NCBI GenBank assembly: GCA_018066165.1
Contig: JAGHRX010000099.1
Span: forward strand, 1 to 54,179
Length of the DNA stretch: 54,179 nt
Origin: Candidatus Scybalocola fimicaballi
GTDB taxonomy: Bacteria; Bacteroidota; Bacteroidia; Bacteroidales; Paludibacteraceae
Direction of reading: 5' to 3'
Position 1 is the stretch's first letter. Each line of letters begins with the position of its first letter. The position numbers and the translations under genes were made by a program. Under the pieces are notes generated by a model. The model did not search any database, was not told the DNA's origin, and was given only the letters and a program-made list of their open reading frames with translations. Positions 1 to 9,202 of the stretch are shown piece by piece.

Positions 1-88
1 TGGTTTTATTAAAGCTCGCCCTTACGGGCTCGCATTTGTGGGTGGGTTAGGGCGTTCCGCCCTTAACAATCCTCGCTTTTGACAACCG
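1..88 (+). repeat. GC-hairpin MITE-like element R1, copy cut by the window edge
   Basis: Contains GCTCGCCCTTACGGGCTCGC, then the GGGTTAGGGCGTTCCGCCCTTAACAATCCTC hairpin, then the TTTTGACAAC end. The same architecture recurs at 20383-20485 (reverse), 36551-36652, 36759-36830 and 40468-40551. Confidence 0.7.
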
Positions 89-109
89 CAGATTTAATTC
101 GACAGATTT

Positions 110-1318
110 TTAGTCGTCAAGCAATGCTTTGATGAATTCGTCGCCGACTAATGTGCCGTAAGCACCGTCTGCACATGAGAATTCGTCATATTTCTTCACA
201 TTGTCACCGTCGACTCCTGGTTTGTAGATCAAGAATGGGATTGGTGCTGAAATGTGAGTCTTGATTCGACATGGAGTAGGGTGGTCTGGAAGGATTGCGA
301 TTGCCACTGGCTCGTTCCAGTTCTTGACTTCCTCGTAGATTGGCTTTACGATTCTGTTCTCAAGGTATTCCACCGTTTTCAATTTCAAATCCACATTGCC
401 TTCATGTCCTGCCTCGTCGCTTGCCTCGATATGAAGATAAACGAAATCAGATTTCTTCAAGGCGTCGATTGTGGCTTGTGCCTTTCCTTCGTAGTTGGTG
501 TCGAACAAACCTGTCGCACCTTCTACCTCGATGATGTCAAGACCTGCGTATTTGCCGATTCCACGGATCAAGTCGACGGCTGAGATCACAGCTCCACTCT
601 TGACTCCGTACTCCTCTTTCAAGGTCTTCATCTGTGGCTTGTAGCCTGCCGACCATGGCCAGATGCTGTTGGCTGGATCTTTACCTGCTGCGACGCGGGC
701 TTTGTTGATCGGATGCTCAGAAAGGATCTCCTGCGACTTGATGATCAACTCATTAAGCAAGTCGGCTGTCTTCTGTGCTTCTGGCACCTCTGCCTTTACA
801 AGCACATCTTTGTATGGTGTGCCTGGCACGTCGTGAGGAGGTGTACACTTCACTCTTTTATCTCCACCCTTGATTTTCAAAAGGTGACGGTATGAGATTC
901 CTGGGAAGAAACGAGTGATCTCGTCGCCAAGTTTCTCATTTAGATAATCGATAAGCACGTATGCCTCTTCGTCGGAGATGTGGCCTGCTGAGTGGTTTTT
1001 GATAATGCCGTTCTCAATACAGATGATATTGCAACGCATTGCCATCTCACCTGGCTCGATATCCACACCCATGCTGGCTGCTTCCAATGAACCACGGCCT
1101 TCAAACACCTTGCGGACATCGTAACCCAACACTTCAAGGTTGGCGATCTCACTGCCTGGGTGGAATCCCTCTGGCACTGTCTCCAATAGACCACAGCGTC
1201 CTTTTGCTGCCAACAAGTCTATAGTAGGGATGTTGGCTGCCTCAAGTATTGTTTTGTTTCCCAACGACGGAATACGCTCGTCCGCCATTCCGTCGCCAAG
1301 GATAATCAAATGCTTCAT
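110..1318 (-). CDS. Cofactor-independent phosphoglycerate mutase homolog (ApgM-like metalloenzyme), the thr-operon type proposed to act as homoserine kinase
   Basis: N-terminus MKHLIILGDGMAD and the HIEASDEAGHEG / PDHPTP metal-site motifs. It lies 13 nt downstream of thrA. I prefer the ATG at 1318; the ORF-track start at 1372 would overlap thrA by 41 nt. Confidence 0.8.
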   Translation of the reverse strand: MKHLIILGDGMADERIPSLGNKTILEAANIPTIDLLAAKGRCGLLETVPEGFHPGSEIANLEVLGYDVRKVFEGRGSLEAASMGVDIEPGEMAMRCNIICIENGIIKNHSAGHISDEEAYVLIDYLNEKLGDEITRFFPGISYRHLLKIKGGDKRVKCTPPHDVPGTPYKDVLVKAEVPEAQKTADLLNELIIKSQEILSEHPINKARVAAGKDPANSIWPWSAGYKPQMKTLKEEYGVKSGAVISAVDLIRGIGKYAGLDIIEVEGATGLFDTNYEGKAQATIDALKKSDFVYLHIEASDEAGHEGNVDLKLKTVEYLENRIVKPIYEEVKNWNEPVAIAILPDHPTPCRIKTHISAPIPFLIYKPGVDGDNVKKYDEFSCADGAYGTLVGDEFIKALLDD

Positions 1319-1331
1319 AATCGTAGAATCA

Positions 1332-3737
1332 TTATCGGATGTTTGCGATGCTGATGATGTCGGCGAATACACCGGCAGCAGTTACAGCAGCACCTGCACC
1401 ATAACCACGGATCATCATTGGATCCTTGTATCTTGCAGTGTTGATGATGATCAAGTTGTTGCTTCCCTCAAGATCGTAGAATGGGTGGCGTGAGTCTACA
1501 GCCTGTAGACCTACCTTACACTTGCCCTCGTCAAGAGTAGCGACGAATCTCCAACGCTTGCCCTCTGCAGCGATAACCTTTCTCTTCTCCTCGAACTCAG
1601 CGTCGAATTTCTCAACCTTGCCCCAGAAGTCGTCAAGTGTACCCTCGAAGAAGTCGTTAGGGATGAATAGGTTCTTCTCCACGTCGTCCTGGCTTACCTT
1701 CAAACCGCTCTCACGCGCAAGAATAACCAACTTTCTGATCACGTCCTTACCGCTCAAGTCGATACGTGGATCTGGCTCAGCGAAACGTGCCTCCATAGCC
1801 ATCTTGATTGCCTTGCTCAAAGGAATCTCCTCGCTGATTGTGTTGAAGATGAAGTTCAATGTTCCTGAAAGAACTGCCTCAAGCTTCACGATTCTATCGC
1901 CAGAGTAGATCAAATCACCGATTGTGTTGATGATTGGTAGACCTGCACCTACGTTAGTCTCGAATAGATATTTGATACCTCTCTTACGAGCTGTATTCTT
2001 CAAATTGATGTAGTTGTCGTAGTCGCCAGAAGCTGCGATCTTGTTAGCACAAACGACTGAGATGTTGTGCTGTAGCAAATCTGAGTACATTGCTGCGATT
2101 GCTGGCGCAGCTGTACAGTCTACGAATACGCAGTTGAATGCGTTAAGCTCGAACAATGCCTTTTTCAACGACTCTGGAGTTGACTCCTTACCCTCTGTCT
2201 TCAAAAGCTCGTTGTACTTAGTCAAGTCGACGCCGTTACGGTCCAAGATGAATTTTGAAACGTCGGCAACACCCATCACGTTAAGCTTAACACCGTTCTG
2301 GTTCATGATAAGCTCCTTCTGTGAGTGAAGCTGCTCAAGCAAGCTTCCTCCTACTGTACCTGTACCAACTACGAAGATGTTCAACTCCTGGTACTCAGTC
2401 AAGAAGAATGACTCGTGGATTGCGTTCAACGCCTTCTTGATGTTCTTCTTCTCAAGCACTACAGTGATGCTAGTCTCAGATGAACCCTGGTTCATTGCGA
2501 CGATGTTGATGTTGTTTCTGCCAAGAGCATTGAATAGCTTGCCAGCTGTACCAGTTGCGTTCTTCATGTTCTCACCTACGATGACAACTGAAGCAAGATC
2601 ACGCATTGCCTGCACCTTGCAAGCGTTCATGTTTGTTAGACTCTGGCTCAACGAGTTGAAGTAACCTTCGTATTCCACTGGAACGCAAACTGAGAATGAA
2701 CCTCCAGCTGCAGAAAGTGAGAATACTGTATATGGCACGTGGTCGCTCTCAAGCACCATAGCTGCCTCAGAGACCATACGTGGAAGATAGTCTGATGGAA
2801 GACCAGAGAATGTGAACATCACACAGTCGTCCTGACTTGCGATTCCCTTGATCACCTTGTCCTCTGGATTTGGTGTAGAAGAGATCACAGTTGTGTTTCC
2901 ATTGCAGATATTCTTCATTGATAGAGGAATGTTAGCCTCTGCAAGTGGAGTAAGAGCGTCAGAGAACAATGTTCCGACACCGTTTATAGAAAGCTCTCTT
3001 GCCTCCTCGTAGCTCATGTGCTCGATTAGGTAAGCCGACGAGATCTTGTTAGGATCAGCGCTCATAAACTCGTCGTTTGGCTTCCACACCTGCATCTCCT
3101 GTGCTCCCAATACCTTAGCGATTGTAGCGGCAGTTAGATCAGATGAACCACGACCTAGAGTTGCAACCTCGTCGTCGTTTGTTCCTGCGATGAATCCCTG
3201 GCAAACCACAGCACCCTTGATCTTAGAGAAAGCAGCCTTGATCTTCTCAGTTGTGCTCTCCTCGTCGATTGTGTATCCGCAATCCGCGTCGCCCTCAGCG
3301 ATGATGAAACGAGTAGAGTCAAGCACTCTTGCACCGATCATCTCACCAACGATAACGGAAACAAGACGCTCACCGTAAGAAAGGAATGTAGCTAGGATAT
3401 TGTCTGTCCAGTCACGGAAAATGGTTAGAGCCTGCAACATGCTATCCATCTCTGCGTAAAGACGGTTAAGTTCGCTAAGAGCAGCCGACTGACTGTCTGC
3501 AGGCACCACCTGACGTGCCAATTCGGTGTGACGGGTCTTCAAATCCTCATATCTGCTGATTATAGACTTAGAGTCGCCAGTAGACGCCTCTTCAACGATC
3601 TCCTCTAGGAGGTCAGTCACTCCGTCCATAGCTGAAACCACCACGATAGGGTTCTTTTCTGCCTCAACTATGCTCTTCACCTTCTTTAAATGTTCAGCGG
3701 AACCTACGATTGCACCGCCAAATTTTAGCACTTTCAT
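1332..3737 (-). CDS. thrA: Bifunctional aspartokinase / homoserine dehydrogenase
   Basis: 801 aa. N-terminal amino-acid kinase start MKVLKFGGAIVGS, central ACT-like region, and a C-terminal homoserine dehydrogenase with VVGTGTVGG Rossmann motif. Confidence 0.9.
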   Translation of the reverse strand: MKVLKFGGAIVGSAEHLKKVKSIVEAEKNPIVVVSAMDGVTDLLEEIVEEASTGDSKSIISRYEDLKTRHTELARQVVPADSQSAALSELNRLYAEMDSMLQALTIFRDWTDNILATFLSYGERLVSVIVGEMIGARVLDSTRFIIAEGDADCGYTIDEESTTEKIKAAFSKIKGAVVCQGFIAGTNDDEVATLGRGSSDLTAATIAKVLGAQEMQVWKPNDEFMSADPNKISSAYLIEHMSYEEARELSINGVGTLFSDALTPLAEANIPLSMKNICNGNTTVISSTPNPEDKVIKGIASQDDCVMFTFSGLPSDYLPRMVSEAAMVLESDHVPYTVFSLSAAGGSFSVCVPVEYEGYFNSLSQSLTNMNACKVQAMRDLASVVIVGENMKNATGTAGKLFNALGRNNINIVAMNQGSSETSITVVLEKKNIKKALNAIHESFFLTEYQELNIFVVGTGTVGGSLLEQLHSQKELIMNQNGVKLNVMGVADVSKFILDRNGVDLTKYNELLKTEGKESTPESLKKALFELNAFNCVFVDCTAAPAIAAMYSDLLQHNISVVCANKIAASGDYDNYINLKNTARKRGIKYLFETNVGAGLPIINTIGDLIYSGDRIVKLEAVLSGTLNFIFNTISEEIPLSKAIKMAMEARFAEPDPRIDLSGKDVIRKLVILARESGLKVSQDDVEKNLFIPNDFFEGTLDDFWGKVEKFDAEFEEKRKVIAAEGKRWRFVATLDEGKCKVGLQAVDSRHPFYDLEGSNNLIIINTARYKDPMMIRGYGAGAAVTAAGVFADIISIANIR

Positions 3738-3792
3738 ATATGTTGTATTGTATATTATTTACGACTACGAATGTATATTCTTTATCAATTTG

Positions 3793-3800
3793 CAAAGATA
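3793..3800 (-). promoter_or_regulatory. Bacteroidetes -7 box (TATCTTTG on the minus strand) upstream of thrA
   Basis: Perfect TAnnTTTG match about 55 nt upstream of the thrA ATG. Confidence 0.45.
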
Positions 3801-3963
3801 CAAAGATTTTTGAAATTCGTAATTCATAAATCGTAAATCATGATGAGAATGGCTGTATTTGTGTGGCAATTGTTTGCTAAGCAATCTTATTTGGACGTTT
3901 TTTTCTTAGTCGCATTAATTTTATAGATGTTTAAGTGCTTCATAAAACGGATGGCATCTTAAA

Positions 3964-3992
3964 CCAAAAAAAGACGGGGACATGCCCCGTCT
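3964..3992 (-). terminator. Rho-independent terminator after the LPS-kinase paralogs
   Basis: AGACGGGG / CCCCGTCT stem followed on the minus strand by a T-run (A-run 3964-3971 on plus). Confidence 0.7.
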
Positions 3993-4007
3993 CTACAATG
4001 TATGATT

Positions 4008-4748
4008 TTATTTTTTCTGAGTTTTCTTCTTCTGCTCGTATTCGTCTCTGATTTCCGAAGCCTCTTGCGCAGCCAACTTCTTATCCAATCCTAAGACTTC
4101 AGCGTAGCAACTTACCAACTGCAAGTAGATGTCTTTGTCTCCAAACTTGCATATATTCTGAAGTCTCTCGCGAACCGAAAGGTCTCTCTCTGTGAACTCG
4201 ATTGTGTTGTTGTCCACCAAAACGAAATGGTAGTTGGTGTCGGCGTCTTTATAGTATAGAATATTGCCTTCTTTCAAATTGTGGTGCAAAATACCTTTTG
4301 TGTGTAGAGTGACCATGTATCTTGCAAGTGCCATAGCTAAATCATAATCAAGCAATCTGCCATAATGAACCAATGTGTCGACGCATTGAGCTGAAGATTT
4401 CTCTGAAGCGAAATAGCAGTAGTCCATCAAACCGATTTTTGTAAGCTTCACGAATCCGATTGGCTTAGGCGTCTCGACTCCCAACTCAAGAAGCTTGATG
4501 GCATTGTAGTATGCCTTCTCTGCCTGGCAAGTCTTGAATAGAGCATAGATCAAACGTTGCATTTTGACGTTCTTCTGATATCTCTTGACTACGATTTCTC
4601 TGCCAAGCTCTGTGATAGCGAAACTTCTTACTGCGTTGTTGTCAACGTGTAGAGTTCTGCCTTTCTTCTTGTAACGTGTGTCAAGACTCTCCAAAAAGTT
4701 GGCAAGGTCTCTATAATTCTTATATTCGTCGTTGATTACTACTTTCAT
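4008..4748 (-). CDS. Lipopolysaccharide kinase (Kdo/WaaP/InaA) family protein, catalytic-loop variant
   Basis: Paralog of the next gene and shares MKVVINDEYK. The catalytic loop reads GILHHNLKEGNILY, so Asn replaces the usual Asp. The VLVDNN metal-binding Asp is retained. Confidence 0.7.
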   Translation of the reverse strand: MKVVINDEYKNYRDLANFLESLDTRYKKKGRTLHVDNNAVRSFAITELGREIVVKRYQKNVKMQRLIYALFKTCQAEKAYYNAIKLLELGVETPKPIGFVKLTKIGLMDYCYFASEKSSAQCVDTLVHYGRLLDYDLAMALARYMVTLHTKGILHHNLKEGNILYYKDADTNYHFVLVDNNTIEFTERDLSVRERLQNICKFGDKDIYLQLVSCYAEVLGLDKKLAAQEASEIRDEYEQKKKTQKK

Positions 4749-4764
4749 CGTATTATGTTTTTTG

Positions 4765-4772
4765 CAAAGATA
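4765..4772 (-). promoter_or_regulatory. -7 box TATCTTTG (minus strand)
   Basis: Perfect TAnnTTTG about 17 nt upstream of the ATG at 4748. Confidence 0.4.
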
Positions 4773-4791
4773 ATCAAATTATTAATTCTCG

Positions 4792-5568
4792 TTATCCTTT
4801 TTTCTTAAACTTGCCCCAGAATGCTCTACGTTTTGCTCTCGCCTCAAAGAATTCTTGGCGTACTTCTTTGGCAATTTTTTTTGTCTCTTCGACGTCGATA
4901 CCTAATGTTTTCGCATAGCATTCCACCACTTGAAGGTAGATTGTCTCACTGCTGAATTTGCAGAAATTCGACATCCTTTCACGAATAGGAATCTCACTGC
5001 TTCTAAATTCCATCCTGTTGTTGTCGATCAACGAGAAATGGAAACGTGAATCCGCGTCTTGATGATAGAGAATATTTCCGCCGTTCAAATCATTGTGGAT
5101 GATTCCTTTAGAATGAAGATCAATGAAGAATTCAGCAAGCGACGTCGCCAGGTCCTGATCAAGAGGTTTGTCGAGGAGAATCAATGGTTCGAGGCTGTCA
5201 TCCGTCGACTTTTCGCATACGAAATAGCAATAATCCATCAAACCGGAATCTTTATGCTCTATGTAAGCAACGGGGGTAGGGGTGTGGATGCCCAACTCAA
5301 GAAGTTTTTTTCCATTCAAATACGCTCTTTCAGCCTTGCTCTTTCTGAAAAAAGAGTAGACAACGCGTTGAATAGCAATCGGTTTCTTGTATCTCTTGGC
5401 CACCAGCGACGCAACTCCTCGCGTCTCCACAGGAATTTCGAAGCATTTTATCGCATTTCTGGCAATATGCATGTCGGAGCCTTCCTGATTGAAACGAGTA
5501 TCCAAATTTTCCAGGAAAGACACCAAGTCATTGCTGCTCTTATATTCGTCGTTGATTACTACTTTCAT
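4792..5568 (-). CDS. Lipopolysaccharide kinase (Kdo/WaaP/InaA) family protein
   Basis: Canonical kinase catalytic loop GIIHNDLNGGNILY and SLIDNN. Confidence 0.75.
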   Translation of the reverse strand: MKVVINDEYKSSNDLVSFLENLDTRFNQEGSDMHIARNAIKCFEIPVETRGVASLVAKRYKKPIAIQRVVYSFFRKSKAERAYLNGKKLLELGIHTPTPVAYIEHKDSGLMDYCYFVCEKSTDDSLEPLILLDKPLDQDLATSLAEFFIDLHSKGIIHNDLNGGNILYHQDADSRFHFSLIDNNRMEFRSSEIPIRERMSNFCKFSSETIYLQVVECYAKTLGIDVEETKKIAKEVRQEFFEARAKRRAFWGKFKKKG

Positions 5569-5589
5569 CCTGATTCTTAATTTCTACTG

Positions 5590-5597
5590 CAAAAATA
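5590..5597 (-). promoter_or_regulatory. -7 box TATTTTTG (minus strand)
   Basis: Perfect TAnnTTTG about 22 nt upstream of the ATG at 5568. Confidence 0.4.
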
Positions 5598-5663
5598 ATA
5601 TTTTGGGGAGATTGTCGAAAATGATTCGAACATGAATAAGCATAAATACACCTCGAATTTCTC

Positions 5664-5700
5664 AAAAAAAAAGTAGAGACGCCGCACGCGACGTCTCTAC
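5664..5700 (-). terminator. Rho-independent terminator of typA
   Basis: GTAGAGACG / CGTCTCTAC stem with a 9-nt T-run on the minus strand. Confidence 0.7.
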
Positions 5701-5784
5701 GAATATATCCATCGTCGGATTACCCACCAAAGTAGGCTTACCCCGACAATTATGAATTATGCATTACTAATTACGCATTCAAGC

Positions 5785-7587
5785 TTACTGTCTGCTTGCC
5801 TTCTTACGCTCAGTCTCATCAAGGATGATCTTACGAAGACGCATGTGGTTTGGAGTAACCTCAACATACTCGTCCTCCTTGATGTACTCAAGAGCCTCCT
5901 CAAGTGAGAATACGATAGGAGGGATGATCTTAGCCTTCTCATCCGAACTCTTAGAACGCATGTTTGTAAGCTGCTTTGCCTTAGTTACATTGACTACCAA
6001 GTCGTTGTCCTTAGCGTGCTCACCTACAACCTGTCCGGCGTAAACCTCATCCTGTGGGAAGATGAAGAACTTACCACGATCCTGAAGCTTATCGATAGCG
6101 TATGCGAATGCAGTACCGCTCTCCATTGCAATCATTGAACCGTTAGTTCTCTTCTCGATATCTCCCTTATATGGCTGATACTCAAGGAATCTGTGTGCCA
6201 TGATTGCCTCACCTGCAGAAGCAGTAAGTACATTTGTACGAAGACCGATGATACCGCGTGAAGGAATCTGGAATACCAAGTGAACACGGTCACCCTTCTT
6301 CTCCATTGAGACCATCTCTCCCTTACGGACAGAAACCATCTCGATGATCTTACCTGAAACATCCTCTGGAGTGTTGATTGTCAACTCCTCGATTGGTTCG
6401 CACTTCTTTCCGCTGATCTCTTTGAAAAGCACCTGTGGCTGACCAACCTGTAGCTCGTATCCCTCACGACGCATTGTTTCGATAAGCACAGACAAGTGAA
6501 GCACACCACGACCGTATACTGTCCAAACGTCCTCAGTCTCTGACTTCTTAACGCGTAGGGCCAAGTTGCGGTCAAGCTCCTTGATCAAACGATCGTTGAT
6601 ATGGCGAGATGTCACAAACTTACCATCCTTACCGAAGAAAGGAGAGTCGTTGATTGTGAACACCATTGACATTGTAGGCTCGTCGATAGCGATTGGTGGA
6701 AGTGGCTCTGGATTCTCGAAATCACAGATTGAATCACCGATCTCGAAGTTCTCAATTCCGATGACAGCTACGATCTCGCCGCACTCTGCCTCATATACTT
6801 TCGACTGAGAGAATCCCTCGAATACTCTCAACTCCTTGATTCTGTTCTTCTGGATTGAACCGTCTCTCTTGACAAGAGCGATATCCTGACCCTCACGGAT
6901 CTTACCTCTGTGGACACGTCCTACAGCGATACGTCCTACAAATGAAGAGTAGTCAAGAGGTGTGATCAACATCTGAGTTGGACCCTCATTGTAGTGAGGC
7001 TCTGGGATGTGCTCGATGATAGCGTCAAGCACTGGAGTGATATCGTCAACTCTTGGAGCCTTCCAGTCTGTACTCATCCAGTTGTTCTTAGCTGAACCGT
7101 AGATAGTAGGGAAGTCAAGCTGCTCCTCTGTAGCGTCAAGATTGAACATAAGGTCGAAAACCTCCTCCTGAACCTCTTCTGGACGACAGTTAGGCTTGTC
7201 AACCTTGTTGATGACTACGATTGGCTTCAAACCAATCTCGATAGCCTTCTGTAGCACGAAACGAGTCTGAGGCATTGGGCCTTCAAACGCGTCGACAAGA
7301 AGAAGCACACCATCAGCCATGTTAAGCACACGCTCAACCTCACCACCGAAATCGGAGTGTCCTGGAGTATCAATGATGTTGATCTTGTAACCCTTGTAAC
7401 GGATTGATACATTCTTAGATACGATCGTTATACCTCGCTCTCTTTCAAGATCGTTGTTATCCAAAATCAACTCTTGCGGTTTCTCGCGATCAGAGAAAAG
7501 CTGTCCTGCAAGGAGCATCTTGTCTACTAGTGTTGTCTTACCGTGGTCAACGTGGGCAATGATTGCCACATTTCTTACTTTTTGCAT
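5785..7587 (-). CDS. typA: Translational GTPase TypA/BipA
   Basis: 600 aa. G1 motif [10 protein letters not shown]3 motif DTPGH, NKVD, and an EF-G-like domain order. Confidence 0.95.
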   Translation of the reverse strand: MQKVRNVAIIAHVDHGKTTLVDKMLLAGQLFSDREKPQELILDNNDLERERGITIVSKNVSIRYKGYKINIIDTPGHSDFGGEVERVLNMADGVLLLVDAFEGPMPQTRFVLQKAIEIGLKPIVVINKVDKPNCRPEEVQEEVFDLMFNLDATEEQLDFPTIYGSAKNNWMSTDWKAPRVDDITPVLDAIIEHIPEPHYNEGPTQMLITPLDYSSFVGRIAVGRVHRGKIREGQDIALVKRDGSIQKNRIKELRVFEGFSQSKVYEAECGEIVAVIGIENFEIGDSICDFENPEPLPPIAIDEPTMSMVFTINDSPFFGKDGKFVTSRHINDRLIKELDRNLALRVKKSETEDVWTVYGRGVLHLSVLIETMRREGYELQVGQPQVLFKEISGKKCEPIEELTINTPEDVSGKIIEMVSVRKGEMVSMEKKGDRVHLVFQIPSRGIIGLRTNVLTASAGEAIMAHRFLEYQPYKGDIEKRTNGSMIAMESGTAFAYAIDKLQDRGKFFIFPQDEVYAGQVVGEHAKDNDLVVNVTKAKQLTNMRSKSSDEKAKIIPPIVFSLEEALEYIKEDEYVEVTPNHMRLRKIILDETERKKASRQ

Positions 7588-7608
7588 ACTAACAAATTAA
7601 ATTTGGTG

Positions 7609-7616
7609 CAAAATTA
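7609..7616 (-). promoter_or_regulatory. -7 box TAATTTTG (minus strand) for typA
   Basis: Perfect TAnnTTTG 22 nt upstream of the typA ATG. Confidence 0.45.
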
Positions 7617-7733
7617 GTTTAAACCACATTTTTACGCAAACAAAATGCCGATTATTTATGTTATAGAGCAACAAAAATCAAAATTTGGACACGAATAATG
7701 CCTATATAGTATGTGAAAAACAAAAATAATGAG

Positions 7734-7741
7734 TATTTTTG
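7734..7741 (+). promoter_or_regulatory. -7 box TATTTTTG for the first FKBP gene
   Basis: Perfect TAnnTTTG. It lies inside the ORF-track N-terminal extension, which argues for the ATG at 7768 as the true start. Confidence 0.45.
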
Positions 7742-7767
7742 CCAAAATTAATGAAAGAATAATTACT

Positions 7768-8352
7768 ATGGATAAATTGAGTTACGCACTTGGCATGTCT
7801 ATGGCTTCTAACATGAAGCAGAGCGGTTTGGATTGTATTAATGTTGACGATTTTGCTAGTGCAATCAAGTCTGTATTCAACGGTGAGAAGATGCAGATGA
7901 CAGCCGATGAGGCTCAGAGCGCAATCAATGAGTTCTTTGCAAAGCAGAAGACTGAAGTTATGTCTAAGAACAAGAAGGCAGGCGAGGAGTTTTTGGCGAA
8001 AAATAAGAATAACGAGGGTGTCGTAACAACAGCAAGCGGACTTCAGTATAAGATTTTGGTTGCAGGTACAGGTGCAAAACCAAAAGAGACAGATACAGTA
8101 GATTGTCACTACGAGGGTCGTTTGATCGACGGTACAATATTCGACAGCAGCTACAAGCGTGGCCAGTCGGCTCAGTTCCCAGTCAACGGTGTTATCCCAG
8201 GATGGGTTGAGGCTTTGCAGTTGATGCCTGTTGGCTCAAAGTGGCAGCTTTACATTCCGTCGGATTTGGCATACGGTGAATACGGTGCAGGTGAGACTAT
8301 CGAACCTAATTCTACATTGATTTTCGATGTTGAGTTGTTAGCTATTAAATAA
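7768..8352 (+). CDS. FKBP-type peptidyl-prolyl cis-trans isomerase (FklB-like, cytoplasmic)
   Basis: MDKLSYALG N-terminal dimerisation domain plus an FKBP core (YEGRLIDGTIFDSS, VIPGW, LIFDVELL). Confidence 0.85.
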   Translation: MDKLSYALGMSMASNMKQSGLDCINVDDFASAIKSVFNGEKMQMTADEAQSAINEFFAKQKTEVMSKNKKAGEEFLAKNKNNEGVVTTASGLQYKILVAGTGAKPKETDTVDCHYEGRLIDGTIFDSSYKRGQSAQFPVNGVIPGWVEALQLMPVGSKWQLYIPSDLAYGEYGAGETIEPNSTLIFDVELLAIK

Positions 8353-8360
8353 GAGTAATT

Positions 8361-9110
8361 ATGAAAAAATTATTTTTGGCGGTAATGTCATTATCGCTTG
8401 CAATAGGTTCAGTTTCCGCAAAGGGAGCTAAGAAGGATGCCAGTGGCTTGGCTAATTCAGTCGACTCTGTGAGCTATGCTCTTGGTATCAATATCGGAAT
8501 GAGCCTTCAGGAGCAGTTTAAGCAGCTTCCTATCGAAAATATCAACACTGCAGCATTCTGTGAGGCGTTGAAGAATACACTTAACAAGGATACTGCACTT
8601 TTGAAGATCAAGGCCGCTGAGTCTGGCAATGTTATTCAGAATGTGATGCAGAGAGCTGAGCAGGAGAAGACAATGAAGGATTTGGCTGCTAACAAGATCT
8701 GGATGGCAAACAACAAAACTAAGCCAGGTATTAAGGAGACAGCTTCTGGTTTGCAATATCAGGTAATATTCGAGGGTGCTGGCGACAAACCAAAGGCTAC
8801 TGATAAGGTTTCTGTGACATATACTGGTACATTGACTGATGGCACTATCTTCGACAGCTCTGCGTCACCTATCTCTTTCGAGCTTAACAAGGTGATCCCA
8901 GGTTGGACTGAAGGAATCCAGTTGATGCCTGTAGGAAGTAAGTACAAGCTATTTATTCCGTCGGAGCTTGCATACGGCAATCGTGCTATGGGTGCAAAGA
9001 TCAAGCCAAACTCAATCTTGATTTTCGACGTTGAACTTCTTGGCATCGAGAAGGCTCAGGCTCGTAGCTCGGCAAAATTCCAGTTTAAGCCTTACCAGCG
9101 TACTATGTAA
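8361..9110 (+). CDS. FKBP-type peptidyl-prolyl isomerase (FkpA-like, secreted)
   Basis: Signal peptide MKKLFLAVMSLSLAIGSVSA and an FKBP core (YTGTLTDGTIFDSS, VIPGW, LIFDVELL). Confidence 0.85.
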   Translation: MKKLFLAVMSLSLAIGSVSAKGAKKDASGLANSVDSVSYALGINIGMSLQEQFKQLPIENINTAAFCEALKNTLNKDTALLKIKAAESGNVIQNVMQRAEQEKTMKDLAANKIWMANNKTKPGIKETASGLQYQVIFEGAGDKPKATDKVSVTYTGTLTDGTIFDSSASPISFELNKVIPGWTEGIQLMPVGSKYKLFIPSELAYGNRAMGAKIKPNSILIFDVELLGIEKAQARSSAKFQFKPYQRTM

Positions 9111-9180
9111 ACGTTGACGTTGACGAAAACGAAGACGAAAACGAAGACGAAAACGAAGACGAAAACGAAAATCAAAACGA
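9109..9180. repeat. Hexamer-phased NACGWW array (12 hexamers)
   Basis: AACGTT GACGTT GACGAA (AACGAA GACGAA)x3 AACGAA AATCAA AACGAA. It starts inside the TAA stop of the preceding gene. Confidence 0.9.
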
Positions 9181-9202
9181 AAAAAGAAAAATACAATATA
9201 TA

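Noticed and set aside
1319-1372. N-terminal extension (MYSPTSSASQTSDNDSTI) of the ApgM-like ORF.
   Set aside because: It would overlap the thrA 3' end by 41 nt. Family members start at MKHLIILGDGMAD, so the ATG at 1318 is preferred.
3738-4007. Possible thr leader peptide or attenuator upstream of thrA.
   Set aside because: The only short ORFs on the minus strand (for example MKHLNIYKINATKKKTSK) are not enriched in Thr or Ile codons. No convincing alternative hairpins were seen.
5059-5580. Long antisense ORFs inside well-supported genes, for example 5059-5580 (+), 25468-26118 (-), 28081-28527 (-), 48130-48864 (-), 14889-15443 (+), 18177-18731 (+), 23191-23700 (+) and 24859-25389 (+).
   Set aside because: These are shadow ORFs opposite genes with clear family motifs. 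They have low-complexity or odd composition and no independent signals.
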